A stretch of 64,000 bases of DNA from Paraspadella gotoi (lineage: Eukaryota; Animalia; Chaetognatha): positions 7,774,606 to 7,838,605 of the forward strand of contig CM119266.1 of assembly GCA_051294375.1 (NCBI GenBank), given 5' to 3'. A model generated the notes under the pieces. That model did not search any database, was not told the DNA's origin, and saw only the letters and a program-made list of their open reading frames with translations. Positions 43,396 through 58,300 of the stretch are shown one piece after another (position 1 is the stretch's first letter; each line of letters opens with the position of its first letter). The position numbers and the translations under genes were made by a program.

Positions 43396-46300
43396 TCGGT
43401 TTATAATTTAGATTTTTTAATTTTTTTATCCTTTAATTATTATCCATTTTTACTATTACTTAACATTTTTTTCTTTTTTTTTTGTTTGTTTATTTTTCTC
43501 CAAATTTTTATCTCTGATCTATCTTTGACTTCAGGACGTCAAGTCTCACGGAGCAGCGGCCCGCGCCGGAGTTCAACCGGGCGACCGGATCATGAAGGTA
43601 GGTTCTCCTTGTCCTTTATCCTCTGCTACAACCATTTTTTTATCCTTAACTTCATCACACTCTCCAGGTGAACGGGACACTCGTCACCTCCTCCAACCAC
43701 GTCGAGGTGGTCCGTATGATAAAGTCGGGCTCGCTCGTCTCCCTGACGCTGCTGGGGCGCCCGCCGGGGTCCGGCACCGGGCATCGTGGGCACCCGGCTC
43801 CGTCCGGTCGGCAAACCGACCCCAACGCCAACTTGAATCCCCATCAGCAGCAGCCGCATCACCACCACCACCACACGCATTACCCCGCGGGTGAGGAAAC
43901 GCACTTCGGTTCTTTAATTAAATAATATTTTTTTAATGTGTGATTTAATAACCTTTTAAATAACCTATTTAATCAGAAATCACTGAACCTAAGCCGATCG
44001 AGGCGGAGCAAGAGTTGGCCTGGGCGAAAGTAAAGAACTTAAAAAAGTATCTTGACAAAGCGTTGGCGGAACGGGAGCAACTCTCCCACGAATACAAGAA
44101 ACACCCAAACGACAAGTGCTACGGAAAGATCCTCGAAAACCAGAGACTCATCGAGCAACTTCACGTGAGTTCTAAGAGTTGGTGGGGAAAGATGATTTTA
44201 GGATGGAGATTTGGGATTTACTATTTAGGAAAAGAGTATATCACATTTTTTAATAAAGGATATCTATTTGAAAACTTATTTTATTTTAAAAAAATAAAAA
44301 TATTTTTAAATTTATTTTATTTTTTTTTCAGTAGCTTCCTGCCATTCTTTTGTAGGTCAAATCGTTTAGAAGTTAGAGGTAAAAAAAATATTATTATATA
44401 TAACCTAAAAAATTATAATTAATTTTCTACTTTTTTTTGTATTTAATTATTTGTTTTCATTTTGAATAAAGTTATTTTTTTTATTTTTTTTTAATTTGAT
44501 AATGCTAAAGGCCTTGCACTTTTGGTTTAAAAAAGTATTATTATAACTATCAGAAAAGAAGGAAAAATACGTAATATTAACATCGGGGCTGAAAATAATT
44601 GCGTTAAAAATGTGGAAAAATATATCACTGTCATACCTTAATTTGCTGTATGAAAGCATGCCCAGATGAATGACGAGGAAAAGCATACTTTTTAATGAAT
44701 AAATGAATTATGTGATATACTTTTTATTGAATAAATGAATTATGTGATATACTTTTTTCCTAGATAGTATTTTTCAGATTTAAAATTTGGTTTTGAAATT
44801 CACGACTTCCCATTTCTTCCCTCTTTCCCTCTACAGTCTCAGGTTCAAGACGCCTGCCGCAAGGCTGGCATCGCCCTCCCCGGCGAAGGCGAAGCTCCCT
44901 CGACCGTCAACGCCCCGGCCGCTGCCACCGGCGGAGCCAAAGTCCCTTACCCGAGCGACGGAACTCGCGCATCCATCGCTTACCCGTCGTCTCACGGTGA
45001 GTCGGTCGGGAAGGAATTTCGAGCTCAACCAAGATTAGATTCAATTCGACTTTTGTTCCGCTTGAAAGAAAATATAATAGCCTAATTGTTGTCGTTTCTC
45101 AAAATCTTGATCGAGTGTCCCTGTATTTAAAATCCCATTCGCGACACATTGTAAAAATATTTTCTCTTTTCTATCGCGTAAAATTATACTTTACTTTTTT
45201 TTCCCGGAAACGTCTATGGTAAAAGGCGCTCAAACGATCTTTCCATTATTTTGCAATTAGTTGTTAGGACCCGCCGGTCCGTCCTCCTCCTAAAACGCCC
45301 CGAGAATATTCGAAGAATATTTGAGGAAACTCCTCAACCCGGCGAGATGCTTCGGTAGTCCAGAGATTCTTCAAAGGCATGATTTGGTGGCTTGAGCAGA
45401 TCGACGATCAAATAGTCTCTTTATTTCTCTGAGTTTATGAAGAGTTTAAAAAGGGTACCTTAATAAAATAATCAAAGCATATAGATATTCAAACAGTACA
45501 ATAAAGAAAAATTATCAAAATTATTATTTAAACACTCAAAAGAATTACAAAAATCAGTATAAACTCAAAAACCAATGAATAAACTAAAGCACGAATGACG
45601 AAATGATCCAAACGATAAATCCTTGTGACGAAGTAAAGTTCGAACTCAGATATCACGATTCGCGAGTCTTTGGATCTAACATAGTGTTCTATAATTTTTT
45701 TCCTGATGTTTTGTTTATCTCTTGCCTGGTGATCAGTTTTCCGATCGTGGCCCGAAATTCCGAACGACCTTTGAACCATTTATTTATTTGTGTTCTTTGC
45801 CCTAATATATTATTTTCGCCAACGTTTTATTTTCATTTTCTGCTATTCTTCATAATGTCAGTATTTTTCATTGTCTCGCCGCCATCTTTGTTTTCGAGCT
45901 TCGATTTCGAATTCCGTTTTCGCTTTTGACAGTCGAGTGTCGAGTCGCAGATTTCCACGAACGCGCCTCAAAAGATGATGAGTTCGAGCGGTGGCACCGA
46001 CGCCTTTAATTCGCGCGCAAGTAAGGCGATCCTCTTGCCTTGAAACCCCGTCTCACATCTTGCCTCCAGTTTTTTCTTGCATGAAGGTGACAACTGTTTT
46101 TGGTGAAATGAAGTCGGAAAAGTTTCTTTTTGGTGTGAATGTCAACTCCCTCTATCACTCGTTCAATTCATTTATTTAAAGATAATTATTCTTGTTAAAT
46201 ATGCTATATTTTGTTTCAACGATTCCTTTTCTCTCGTCTTGCCTATTTGCCTTTTTCGTCACCTTTCCTTTGACACCGCTAAGGCGTTCGCCGCAAAGGT

Positions 46301-49300
46301 CGGCGCCCGAACCGCAAAGAGACAGAGTCTCGGCCCCGCACCTTCGCCGGGCTGCCCTACACCAATCCCATTTACGAGGAGACCGAGAATAGCGCCTACA
46401 GCGAGGACGACAGTGAGGAGTCCACCGTAATGACGCCCCAATCTGTCAGCAGCCCCGCTTCCGGCGCCGCTACCCGCTCTCTTCCGTCAACGAATCCATC
46501 TTTTACGTCCGAGCGTCGATGAATCTTTGTCTAATGTCGCTGCCATCTATGACAATTCTTCGCCGGATTTCGCTCTCTTCGACGCCTCCGACGTCGCCGC
46601 GCCTTTTACCTCACCCCCACGCCCTCTGAAGCGTTACTTCGTTCCGCCGTTCGCCTCAACGATGAACCCCTCGCGGACTCGGACGAAGAGACCGACGCGA
46701 CGCTGCGTTCCCTTGCAACGCCCCCGCCACAGCCGCGCCGCTTCTCTGCAGCGATGGCGGGGCGAACGTATTTCGACCTCATCCCAACGTCGGCGAATTT
46801 ATAGGAGTCGATGATGATGATGACGTCGATGGTGAGATCAAACTCTCTCGGTTGATTTTTTTTTCCATTTTTTTCCCTTTCCCGATCGGGTGAAGGTGGC
46901 GGTGTTTTTTCCCCGATCCACTGAGAAAAAACTCTCCGTCGCTTGATCGAGTGTCCCTTATTTAAAATCCCATTCGCGACACATTGTAAAATATTTTCTT
47001 TTTTCTATTGCGTAAAATTATACTTTACTTTTTTTTCCCGGAAACGTCTATGGTAAAAGGCGCTCAACGATTTTCCATTATTTTGCAATTAGTGTTCTTA
47101 ATTTTTTTCCTGATGTTTTGTTTATCTCTTGCCTGGTGATTAGTTTCCGATCGTGGCCGAAATTCCGAACGACCTTTGGACCATTTATTTATTTGTGTTC
47201 TTTGCCCTAATATATTATTTTCGCCAACGTTTTATTTTTCATTTTCTGCTATTCTTCATAATGTCAGTATTTTTCATTGTCTCGCCGCCATCTTTGTTTT
47301 TCGAGCTTCGATTTCGAATTCCGTTTTCGCTTTCGACAGTCGAGTGTCGAGAGTCGCAGATTTCCACGAACGCGCCTCAGAAGATGAGTTCGAGTGGTGG
47401 CGCCGACGCCTTTAATTCGCGCGCAAGTAAGGCGATCCTCTTGCCTTGAAACCCGTCTCACATCTTGCCTCCAGTTTTTTCTTGCATGAAGGTGACAACT
47501 GTTTTTGGTGAAATGAAGTCGGAAAAGTTTCTTTTTGGGTGTGAATGTCACTCGTTCAATTCATTTATTTAAAGATAATTATTCTTGTTAAATATGCTAT
47601 ATTTTTGTTCAACGATTCCTTTTCTCTCGTCTTCGCCTATTTGCCTTTTTCGTCGCCTTTCCTTTGACACCGCTAAGGCGTTCGCCGCAAAGGTCGGCGC
47701 CCGAACCGCAAAGAGACAGAGTCTCGGCCCCGCACCTTCGCCGGGCTGCCCTACACCAATCCCATTTACGAGGAGACCGAGAATAGCGCCTACAGCGAGG
47801 ACGACGGTGAGGAGTCCACCGTAATGACGCCCCAATCTGTCAGCAGCCCCGCTTCCGGCGCCGCTACCCGCTCCTCTTCCGTCAACGAATCCATCTTTTA
47901 CGTCCCGAGCGTCGACGAATCTTTGTCCTCTAATGTCGCTGCCATCTATGACAATTCTTCGCCGGATTTCGCTCTCTTCGACGCCTCCGACGTCGCCGCG
48001 CCTTTTACCTCACCCCACCGCCTCTGAAGCGTTACTCCGTTCCCGCCGTTCGCCTCAACGACGAACCCCTCGCGGACTCGGACGAGGAGACCGACGCGAC
48101 GCTGCGTTCCCTTGCAACGCCCCCGCCGCAGCCGCGCCGCTTCTCTGCAGCGACGGCGGGGCGAACGTATTTCGACCTCGATCCCAACGTCGGCGAATTT
48201 ATAGGAGTCGATGATGATGATGATGACGACGTCGATGGTGAGATCGTCAAACTCTTTCTCGGTTGGTTTATTTTTTTTCCTTTCCTTTCCCGATCGGGTG
48301 AAGGTGGCGGTGTTTTTTCCCCGATCCGCTGAGAAAATCTCTCCGTCGCTCAATTCTTTCTCAATCTTCCCTCTTCGGATTTTTCTTCAATATTAAATCG
48401 CGGAGAATCTCGTGGTGTTTCTTTGGTGTTGCGGATGCGGAACTATAATTTTTTTTTATTCATCTCCTTCTTTCTACTGTCCGGTGTAAAGAAGTAATTT
48501 TATATAATATTCTTTGCATGTTTCAATACCTAATTATCGAAACTTTCTACTACTTATCTCTCAGTCGATTTTCTCTTGATAAAAAAAAACTCATATTTCT
48601 CGACGTGAATCGCGTTATTAGTCTATTTTTTTATTTTATGCTTATTTTACAAATCATGAATGAATGCATCACATGCGTTTGTTCAAGTTAAGCCGAAATT
48701 AAAATGGAAAAACGTTAACCTCAATCGCTTCTCTCGACCACGTGTTCCTTTTTTTTATTTCTTTCTCTCTCTCTCTCGACATAAAAATAAAGCACAGAAA
48801 AAATAAAGCGACTCAAAAAAGACGAAAAAAAAAAGATTAGATATTTAAATAACAATTCCCAAAATGATTCTTTCTCGAGCTTCGTTTTAAATTTCACGGT
48901 TGATCGTCCCAACTGGCGACGGCGACTAGGCCATCGTCGACGATCCTCTCCAAGACTCGATCCGCGAATCCGACTCCCATCGGCGCCCGAATTAGCGTCG
49001 CCGGCGACTTGACCGACTCCTTCATCTCCTTAAGGCAGGGGAAGACGATTTCGGGACAATCGTCGCTCTGGTTCTGGGGGTTAAAGAGGGGATGCATACT
49101 GAATGGAGGGTCAAAGGTTTGTACATCACATTTCGCTCTCACGTTAATATCGGGTCCCTTGGCGTCGGCCTCCTGCGCGTCCGATTCCAACGTGTCGTCC
49201 GACTCAAAGGATTCCTCGTCGTTTCCCGAACTCGATCGTGACCGCGTCCCGGCGTTGTTTAGCAACGGCGGTGTCGTGGTCGGCGGGAGGAGATTGGAAT

Positions 49301-52300
49301 ACACGATTCCCTGGGAAATTAGAATTGGAGAATAAATAATTCTCAATCTGAGCTCAGTCCCGTTTACTTGCCACAGTGTTAAATTCGAGCAGGTCTTGCG
49401 AGGAAAATATTACAAGGAAAAATCTGAAATGTAGAATATGACGAAACTTGCCTGTCCGCCGGCTTCTACACCCGATTCCTTCTGGGAGACGACGACTTCG
49501 ACAAAGTCTTCGCTGGCCGTCGGCGACCAAGCCGTCGTCGGTGACCAAGGAGACATCGTCGTCGTCCAGACACTCGTCATTGAATCTAAGAAAAGCGAAG
49601 CGATCGAGGTGTTTTTGAAGTCTACCAGTTTGACAAGCTGATTTCGCCTCTGACCTGTTGAATCGGCTCCGATCGCGAACTCCATTTCCAATCCGGCGTC
49701 GACATCCGTCTTTTTAGCCGGAGAGTCGAAACTTTCGTCCGAAGCGCCAATTTTTGTCGGAGCGCCGCCTCGAGGAGGATGAGAGAATGTCCACTGGTTA
49801 TACCTTTGCTCAGGAGTCTTTCCGCTTATTCGCAGTGTTATCCCTTATCAAGAAATACTCCACTTTTCTCTCTGTCCCACTCTTTTCTCCCCCTTCACCC
49901 TTCTCTTTTCTCTCTCTCTCTCTCTCTCACTCCCGTCTTTTCAGGGGCGAGGTTAAGTTTATTCACTCACCAAAGACGGAGCTCGGAGATCGAGTGTCTT
50001 CGTTCCGATGATGTTTACTTTGGATATCGTCGTCGTCGTCGTCGTCGACGGTTAACCCAGACTCGGCCCCGAAGTTCTGAGGGAAAGGGAAAAAGTTCTT
50101 ACGCTACAGTGGGAACAATTTGAAAGGGGCGGGGACGTCATCACGGGACTGCTCGAGATTTTGAATTATGAACCGATAGGATTTGATTTAACTCGTTGGA
50201 CCAGTATGGATAACGAGAAGGCATAGGTTATACTTTGCGCCTTTTTCATAACACTTCAAAAAAAAAAAAAGCAAACCGCGTTACACTGTACAAGAAAGAA
50301 ATAGTCAATTTTGGCAGATAAAATTCAGCGGATGAATTTTTTTCTTCCTTTTGTTCTTCCGCGGAAACTGGTCTGTTTCAAGCTTAAAAATCGTATGTTA
50401 GCCAAAATCAAGAAGCGTCTCTCTCGATAATCGTAGGAGAAAAAAAGAAAAAGGAAAACTATCGGGTGGATGAATCAGATTTTCTCTCTCTCTCTCTTTC
50501 TCAATCGATTCGAATGTGGCCGCCTGTTCCATTTCCCCGAAAGACCTGATCTCCTTCGACTTCTCCGTCGACTCCTTCGACGAAGCCTTCGCCTCCTCCG
50601 GCCTCTCTGATATTCCCCGGAGGGAAGGTTCGAACGGCTTTGCCTAACCCCGTTCCGCCCGCCCCGACGACCCCGTCGACTCCCCCTGCGAACTTCGCCG
50701 TCGTCGTCCTCGAGGCCTCGACCCCAGGGGCTTCGCGACGCGGGGGAAGAGGAAGAGGAGGGGGAACTCTTCGTAAAAACGAAACTCGATCCACGCGGTC
50801 ACCCGCCGACGCGGACGTTGCGTCTTCTCCCGAAGAAAGATTGGCAGGTCCGGAATCTCCTTGATGGGGGTTGAACCAAAAATTTTATGAATTTTTTTTA
50901 AAACTCAAAAACATTTACTTTTTTCTCCCTCATAATTTACCTCTTCCGACTCCACCGACTTCGCCTAGCCGCTCCGGCAGCGCCTCGTCGGAATCGGCGG
51001 ACTCGGTACCGCTTGACGCGGCCTTTTCCGAGTCGCTCTTCATGCGCATCTTCCTCGCTTCCCTCAGCGATCTTTTCCGAGGGAGATCCTCGTCGATGCA
51101 GTCCTGTGTTTGAGAAGATGACTAGCGGAAATTTAACTACTTTTGTGAGAAAAAAAATATCTTCGAATACTTATTAAATATCCACGATCGATTTGCAAAA
51201 TCAAATTTTAATATTAATTTTTAAAGCGTTTTAAACATTTAGGAAGCCTTTACAATTTTACGTTCGCGTTTCCTTTTCGAAAGACGCTGATTTTCAAAGC
51301 GATCGCCGTCGTAAATTTAATCGGTTAAAACTTTAATAAAAGCTAGAGCGTATTGTGCAAGAAAATTCTTCCGAATTTCGTAGGACTCAATTCCAACGTA
51401 AATTCATATACTTTAGTAAATTGTTAACCGCTCACCTTCGCCTCGCTTTCTTCTTCGTGACGTTCGTTCCGTTTTGCGGCCTGAATCCTCTCCAGCTCCG
51501 AGGCGACGATGGCCTCCGCGTTGGCGATCTTCTCCCTCAACATATCAGCTTCTTCCTCCTCTACCTTTATTCCTGTCGCGTAATTAAACCGATCTTTTAG
51601 TTTGTTTGACCCTTGAGTATTCACTTTTTTAAAAAGAAATTTTCACTCCTAGATCCATTTCCGACTTATTCTTTCTGTATCGGTTTTTCCTTTTTCTCTG
51701 TCAATTTTGTCTTGATAGGGATTTCCTTTTTCTTTTTTTTTTCAAGTCAAAGATAAAAATGAATATTTTCCTGTTTTTGTCTTTTAAACCATCTAGAATT
51801 TTTCGCAATCTTTTTTGATCAATTTTTTAAAGATACTCTTTAATTAGCCAATCAAACTTTGGTTTCCTGGTTCCATTCAGCAGATGACTGATGACTGATC
51901 CTGTGATCCCTCTAGTATCAATCGCTTTTCCGTCAACGCTTTCTCTTTTTCTCAGTCTCATCTCATCTCCGGTTGCTGAATCCCTGAATCATCTCCCTGA
52001 CTTTTCCTAGTTTATCTCGCATCGACAGCTGCTACTGACTTCCTGGGAAAGTTTTTTTTCTCTCGCTTGTCCGCGCCGCTTTTCTCGCCTAGGGAATCTG
52101 TTCGGTCACGTGGTAGCGAGATGCTTTTATCTCTTTCGCTTTTCTTCGTTCTTTATTACATAATTGCTTCGCTTTTTTTTTTGTTCATATCTTTACACTG
52201 GTTAATTATTTAGATTTTATTGTCGTCCCTCTCGTTTTATTTTCTTTCCTCCCCATTCTAACTCCCCCTCCTCACCGCTCAACTCCGATTCGGTCCCGTC

Positions 52301-55300
52301 ATCAGATTCCTCCCGTTTTTCGTCATCTCCGTTTTTTATAAGATTCTCTACTTGAGTTTCACCCTCGTCATTTTCATTTTTCGTTCGTCTAAAATTAGAA
52401 ATCGTTGTTATGCATCACAGATCAAAACTTTTCTCTCGACTTAATTCACCGCTCGTCCCCGTTAAGTCACCTGGTTTTACAACAAAAGAAAACGTCCATC
52501 CTTTCGGCAAAACGCTTCGATATTTTACGGCATGACCTCTCCAAAGTTGGTAGCTTTTTCGTTGTCCGCTAAGGATCCATTTTAGCTACGAGATTTTCTC
52601 TCCGTTCGTGGAATGATTTTTTTTTCACGACGCAAACACGATTTCTGAAAGTTCATTAAGAAATTAATATATTTATGTTGAAATTTTCATAAAAAAAAGG
52701 CCAGGTGTTATGCTGGAAACCTCCCTAAAAATATTCCAAACTCCAAAATGTGGATTATCGGAAAATATTAGAGATGTTTCTCTGGTCCTCTTTATGATAC
52801 ATGGCAGTTAATTTTACTTTTCTATGAAGCTATTATTTATGAGAATATTGTTTTCAGTACTTTTTTTCCCTTCTATACTTTCGGCGGATATAATTATATA
52901 TATTATCTTCTCCTAATTTGCCTTGATTTTTTTCTCACGCAGAGAATCCTCAAGAAAATCATGATATTCACTTGAAAATGACGTCGATAGGGGGCGGCGT
53001 AGGAGGAGGAGGCGGAAGCGGTGCTGACAGCGGCGCTATGACCCAGGTGACGGTTTTGAAAAGTTATGAACGCTGGACACTAGCGATAGTTGTTCTTATT
53101 TGTCAAATTAACAATTGCGTACTTCTTCACCAGGCGCTGATGTTTGGTGGAGGCCGATTTCACGACGACGACGACGACGAAGACACGGGATGCGACGTGG
53201 CGCTTTTTAACTACGGCGAACTCCCCACGCCCACTCCGAGCGAGGTCAGACAATTAGGTTTATTTGTATAAACTAGATATTAATCATTGTCATGTTCTAT
53301 ATTCCCTTTTTTATTTCTCTCCAGAATTTCTACCCCTCGTCGCCCGACTCGCGCCAATTATTCCCCGGCGCCTCCGACGTGACGTCGCCGATCTCGCCCG
53401 GCGTCGGCCTCAATCCCACGGCGCCGCCATTTCCGGCGTCGGCGCTGACGAATCCAACGTCGGCCTTCCCCGTCGTCGGCCCCGCGACCGTCTACGTTGA
53501 CAACGACATCATCAACATGGAGGACGACGATTTGCAGGAGGACATCGCCAGCGAGTCGGGTGGGTTGGAGGTTTAGAGGGGGCGCAGGTTGAACGCTTGG
53601 AAAAAGGTGGAAAGAGAGATGAATGCAGATTTAGGCTTAAGAGACACTACATTTAAATCTAAATCTTTCGTAAAGTTTGGTGACAATTGCAATTGTTGTT
53701 TTGCCATTAGTTGTAACTCTTTTACCATCTCTCTTTTTCTTTCCTCAGCTGGTCCCTTCAGCGACTTTGGCAAGTTGAAGCAGTACCCGGCCCACCTCGC
53801 CGTCTTCCTCCGCTACCTCATTGACAACTCGGACCCCTCCTGCCTCTTCTTTTTCCTCATCACGGAATCTTACGCTTCCTCCTCCTCAAACCTCAAGGAC
53901 CTCAAGAGATGGGCCTACGAGATTTCCTCCACCTTTCTCTTCGAAGGTCAGTTTGGTTTTTAGTTAAATTATTTTTTTTTATTTAACAAATAATACAATT
54001 TGCGTCAAACAATTTCTCCTCTCTCAAGGTTCTCCTCTTTGTCTCAATGTCGACGAAGCGAGCGTGAAGAGAGTCAACGACGTCGTCGAACGGAAAGTGG
54101 AGAAAGAAGCGGATCTACGCGAGATCTTCGACGAAATTAGGATCATAGCTCAAAATGTAAATCATCGATGACGTGATATCCTTTTGATGTATTTAATACA
54201 AACTCATGAACTCCTCACAAACTTCCCCCCCCCCAACTCAACGTTTTTAGAACATCACCGATGCGTTGTCGGGCTTCCGCCAGAAAAGGCAAATCGGCAT
54301 GGGCGGCTTTTACGGCGAGCATCTGCTCAAGGAGAGAAACTCGAAGCTGAAGGAACCCGCGAGACAGTTGAAGATAGTTGAGAGCCTTTTACTCAAGTTT
54401 CTCAAGGACTGGACCAATCATTTCACGTGAGTCAAGAGAACAGGTTCTTAATCATAAAAGTTTCGTAAAAATATTTTTTTCTATTTAATACAGTACATCG
54501 TTTGCCATTAAAAGATGAAGATTATATTTGCCTATTCTTTTAATTATTACTATCCTGAATTATATTATTAAATGAATGGATAATTTTTATATTTGTTGTA
54601 CCTATTTCATAAGCTATTAGTTTTATTAATTCATTCTTTTTTGTTTTTATACGCTTTTATATTTAAAAATTAAATATTATACGAACTTTTAACTTTTCCA
54701 TAACAAAAGTTTGTTATGATCACACTTTTAACTTCAGATCGGAAATGAAATTCGAAACAATTACAGTTTAAGCGATAGTGAGAAGTCTTAGCAAAACATG
54801 ACCGAAGTTTCACGGTTTTATTTAACAATGTCAGCTTCAACTAATTTCTCATAAATTCGTCTCCAGCGACTGGGAAGATTCCTCGGATCGGAACCAAGCT
54901 TTGGCCTTTTGCTTGGTCACCTTCTTCAAGTTGTACGGACTGGAAAAAGTCTCCAAGCAGAGCGACTTGGAGAAAATTCCCGTCTTCATCTCTAAACAGA
55001 ACCACAGAGGATTGAATCGCCTTACAGGTCTGAACGCGAGAAGCTTTTTATTTAAACTGATCCATTGTTATTATTATGATTGACTTTTAATTTAGCTAAT
55101 GTCAATTTGACAGGAGGCGGCCCCGCGGCCCACCGACGCAAGATTTTGGGTCACTCTCTCATGCCCGCCATGTACACCATGAAGACAGACTGCGAACAGT
55201 GCAACAGCCTTCTCTGGGGCATAGGCACTCTGCAGGGCTTCCAGTGCCAGCACTGCAATCAAAACTTCCACAAAAGCTGCCTTAACTCAATCGAGAAGGA

Positions 55301-58300
55301 TTGTCAGACGGACAAAAACAAATCCGGGCTCTTCTTTGGTTAGTAGTCCTTAGAAAATTTAATAGTAATTCAGTTAATACTTTAATAAATATTAATTAAT
55401 TCAGGCAAAAAAGACACCAAGAAAAAATTGGACAAGAAGGAAGAGAATGAGCGAACAAGACGCTCGACGAGTCCGTCTCAGCCGGACAGAAAAGGTAAGT
55501 CTTTGTGACTAGAAGACCGGAGACTTACCTCGATTAATGTTTTTATAATTTCCTTAAGTCTTCCCGTCACCCTCTACCCTCTATAATTTTATTTTCGTCA
55601 CCGATCACGCCCCCCATCCAGAACCCTCTCCCGCGGACGACGAGGAAAAGGACAACGTGGAGCCTCTCCCCGGCGAGGGTCTGACGGGCGACTCCAAGTC
55701 GGCCAACGTCGCTCGATCAAATTCCATGAAGCACAACGAAGAGGGGAAGAAAGGATTGAGGTTAGGAACGGTCTTTGATGAGTTTTGGGCGGTGAATGGA
55801 GTGAAAAAAAGACATACTTTACTTTGTACCGGCCTTTCTCGATTAACGGGATTCAAATCCTTTATGCCCCAGAGCGGAAAAGAACAAGTCCATTCAACGG
55901 AGCAAGTCCGACCCGAAGGTCGACCAGGAGGAGTTGAGAGAACAGATACTCAAGCAGACGACGAAGCTAGAGTCGCCGGCCTCCGCGTCGCAATCGAGGT
56001 GAGTCGCGTGGGATTGGAAGTCATGTGAAATGGCGTCCTCACCTCGTTCCTCACTTTTTCTCATCCGCAGCCTGGAGAGCAGCGGATCGACGACGGTGCC
56101 CCACGCGGCGGACAGCGACTCGGAGGCGTCAAAAGAGACGTCGACGAGCCACTCGATCGTCTCGGATCCGATCCCCACGGCGCCGCTAGCCCCCGACGAC
56201 GAGTTCCCCGTCGGCGACGAACTGCCTCGTTTGGAGGACATAATCTCTCAGGAGCATCTCAAGAAGGTGGGGTTGATAAAAAAAAGTAGTAATTTGTTTT
56301 GGGTGCCTCTAATTTTCTTCGGGACTCTTGTTTCTTATATTTAAATAATCTCGAGTCTACAAGATTATCTTCAACTTTCTCGCCCCTCTACTCAGATGAA
56401 CAAAAAGGAAAAAGAAAAGCAGAAAGTCATCAACGAGCTTTTCCACACCGAGATGACCCACGTGCGCCATCTTCGAGTTCTCGAGACCCTCTTCTTTCTC
56501 CCCATGCGCAACGAGCACATCATGGCCAATCAGGACCTCAATGCCCTCTTCAACAACTTGTCCGAGGTGATCAACATTCACACGGACATGCAACACGCCA
56601 TGAACTCTCGACGCCAGGAGAGCGAGGACGGGCTGGTGCACAGCGTTTCTGACATCCTGCTTGAGCGGTTTAAGGGGGAGAAGGTAAGTTGCGCGAAAGG
56701 AAAAAAAATTTTCTTGGACTCTCACCTTTTTCACCGTATTTATTATGTTATCCTTCAGGGCGATAAGTTTCGGGAAACGTGCGCAAACTTCTTGAAGAAT
56801 CAGGCCCACGCTCTGGAGATGCTTCGCATGAAGACGAGAAAAGACATGAAGCTGGCCAAGTTCCTGCAGGAGAAGGAAGAGGACCCGAGGTGCAGGCGGC
56901 TGCAGCTCAAGGACCTCCTGCCCGAGGAAATGCAACGGATGGTCAAGTACCCAATCCTGCTGGAGAGTTTAGCCAAGCACTTGGAGAAGGACTCGGAGGA
57001 GCACAAGGGAATAGTTGAGGCGGTCAAGGAGAGCAAAGAAATTCTCAGCTACATCAATATGGGTGCGAATTGTGGCAAACGGGAGGGAAGATGGTTAATT
57101 TTTAATAATAACGATAATTATTTATTAACTTTTCATCTATTTACCACAGCGACGAGGGACTGCATGAACAGGCACACTCTCCAAGAGATCCAGAAAAAGC
57201 TGGACACAGCCCCTTGGGAGCGGTCCGGTCATCCCCTCGCCATCCTCTACAAAGACATGGACTTGACTGTGAGGAAGTTGATCCACACGGGGAGCCTCAA
57301 GTGGCGCGTCAACCGAACCAGGATCATCGAACTGCAAGTCCTGCTCTTCAAAGACATCATACTGCTCTTGCAGGTGATGGACAGTCAGTCGGTTTCTTTA
57401 TTATTATTATTAAATGTATCTATTGGTTATCCAATTTTGATCGCTTTGAGCACTTGGATCACGGAAGACCATGTTTCGGCACAATGAACTGTCAAAACTA
57501 AGATGCGTTTCTCTAACTCATTTGCATATTGCAGCATTTGAAAAAAAATTTAAATAGTGGGATAACTATTTATATTTTGGACGACACAAGTTTCGTTCAC
57601 AATATAATATATATCCTCCTCTAACAGAAACAAGACGACAAATACGTCCTCAAGTGCCAAGGAACGTCGCCCAGCATTCACTCGCCCATCATCCTCGTGA
57701 AACACGTCCTCCTCCGCGAGGTGGCGACCGACCGTCGCGCCTTCTTCCTCGTCAGCATCGATCCCGAGCACAAGGGCGGCGGCGACGGGGAGAAACCGAC
57801 GGGAGGGTCGCACACGAGCCTCTACGAACTCGTCGCCATTTCCGTGGATGAGAGGCGGAGGTTGGAGATGGGGTTGGGGCGACCGAGAGAAAGGGAAATA
57901 GGAATTTAACATTTGTTGGAATCGTCTTCACCTGCTGTTGCTCTTTAAATTAACTACTGTCAAGATTCGACGCCGATGTTTTCTCATTCTCCCGTTACAC
58001 CCCCTCCTCCCCTCCCCTTTTGACAAGATGGCAAGAGTACATCGAGAGCGCGGTTAAGAACGCGGGCGGCGGCGGCGAAGTGCCCCGCTCCTACGCCGGT
58101 CTCGCCTCGGGCACGCCCGTCGTCGTCCCCACGAATTTGACGAAAAATTCGTCCGGCGTCACCATCATCAAACCCTCGAGTCCCGAGGAGGAGCAGCAGC
58201 CGGGTGAGGAAAGGGGGATGGGATAGGTCAGGAATGATTAAGTATAGAAACAAACAAAATTTTTCGTATTTCTTTCTTAAATTTATTTCGGGTGGATGGC

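Noticed and set aside
44686-44757. 33-bp direct duplication in a RhoGEF intron
   Set aside because: An ordinary local slippage event in AT-rich sequence.
55113-55305. C1 domain in an RGS-RhoGEF as a novel architecture
   Set aside because: Invertebrate members such as Drosophila RhoGEF2 and C. elegans RHGF-1 already have it.
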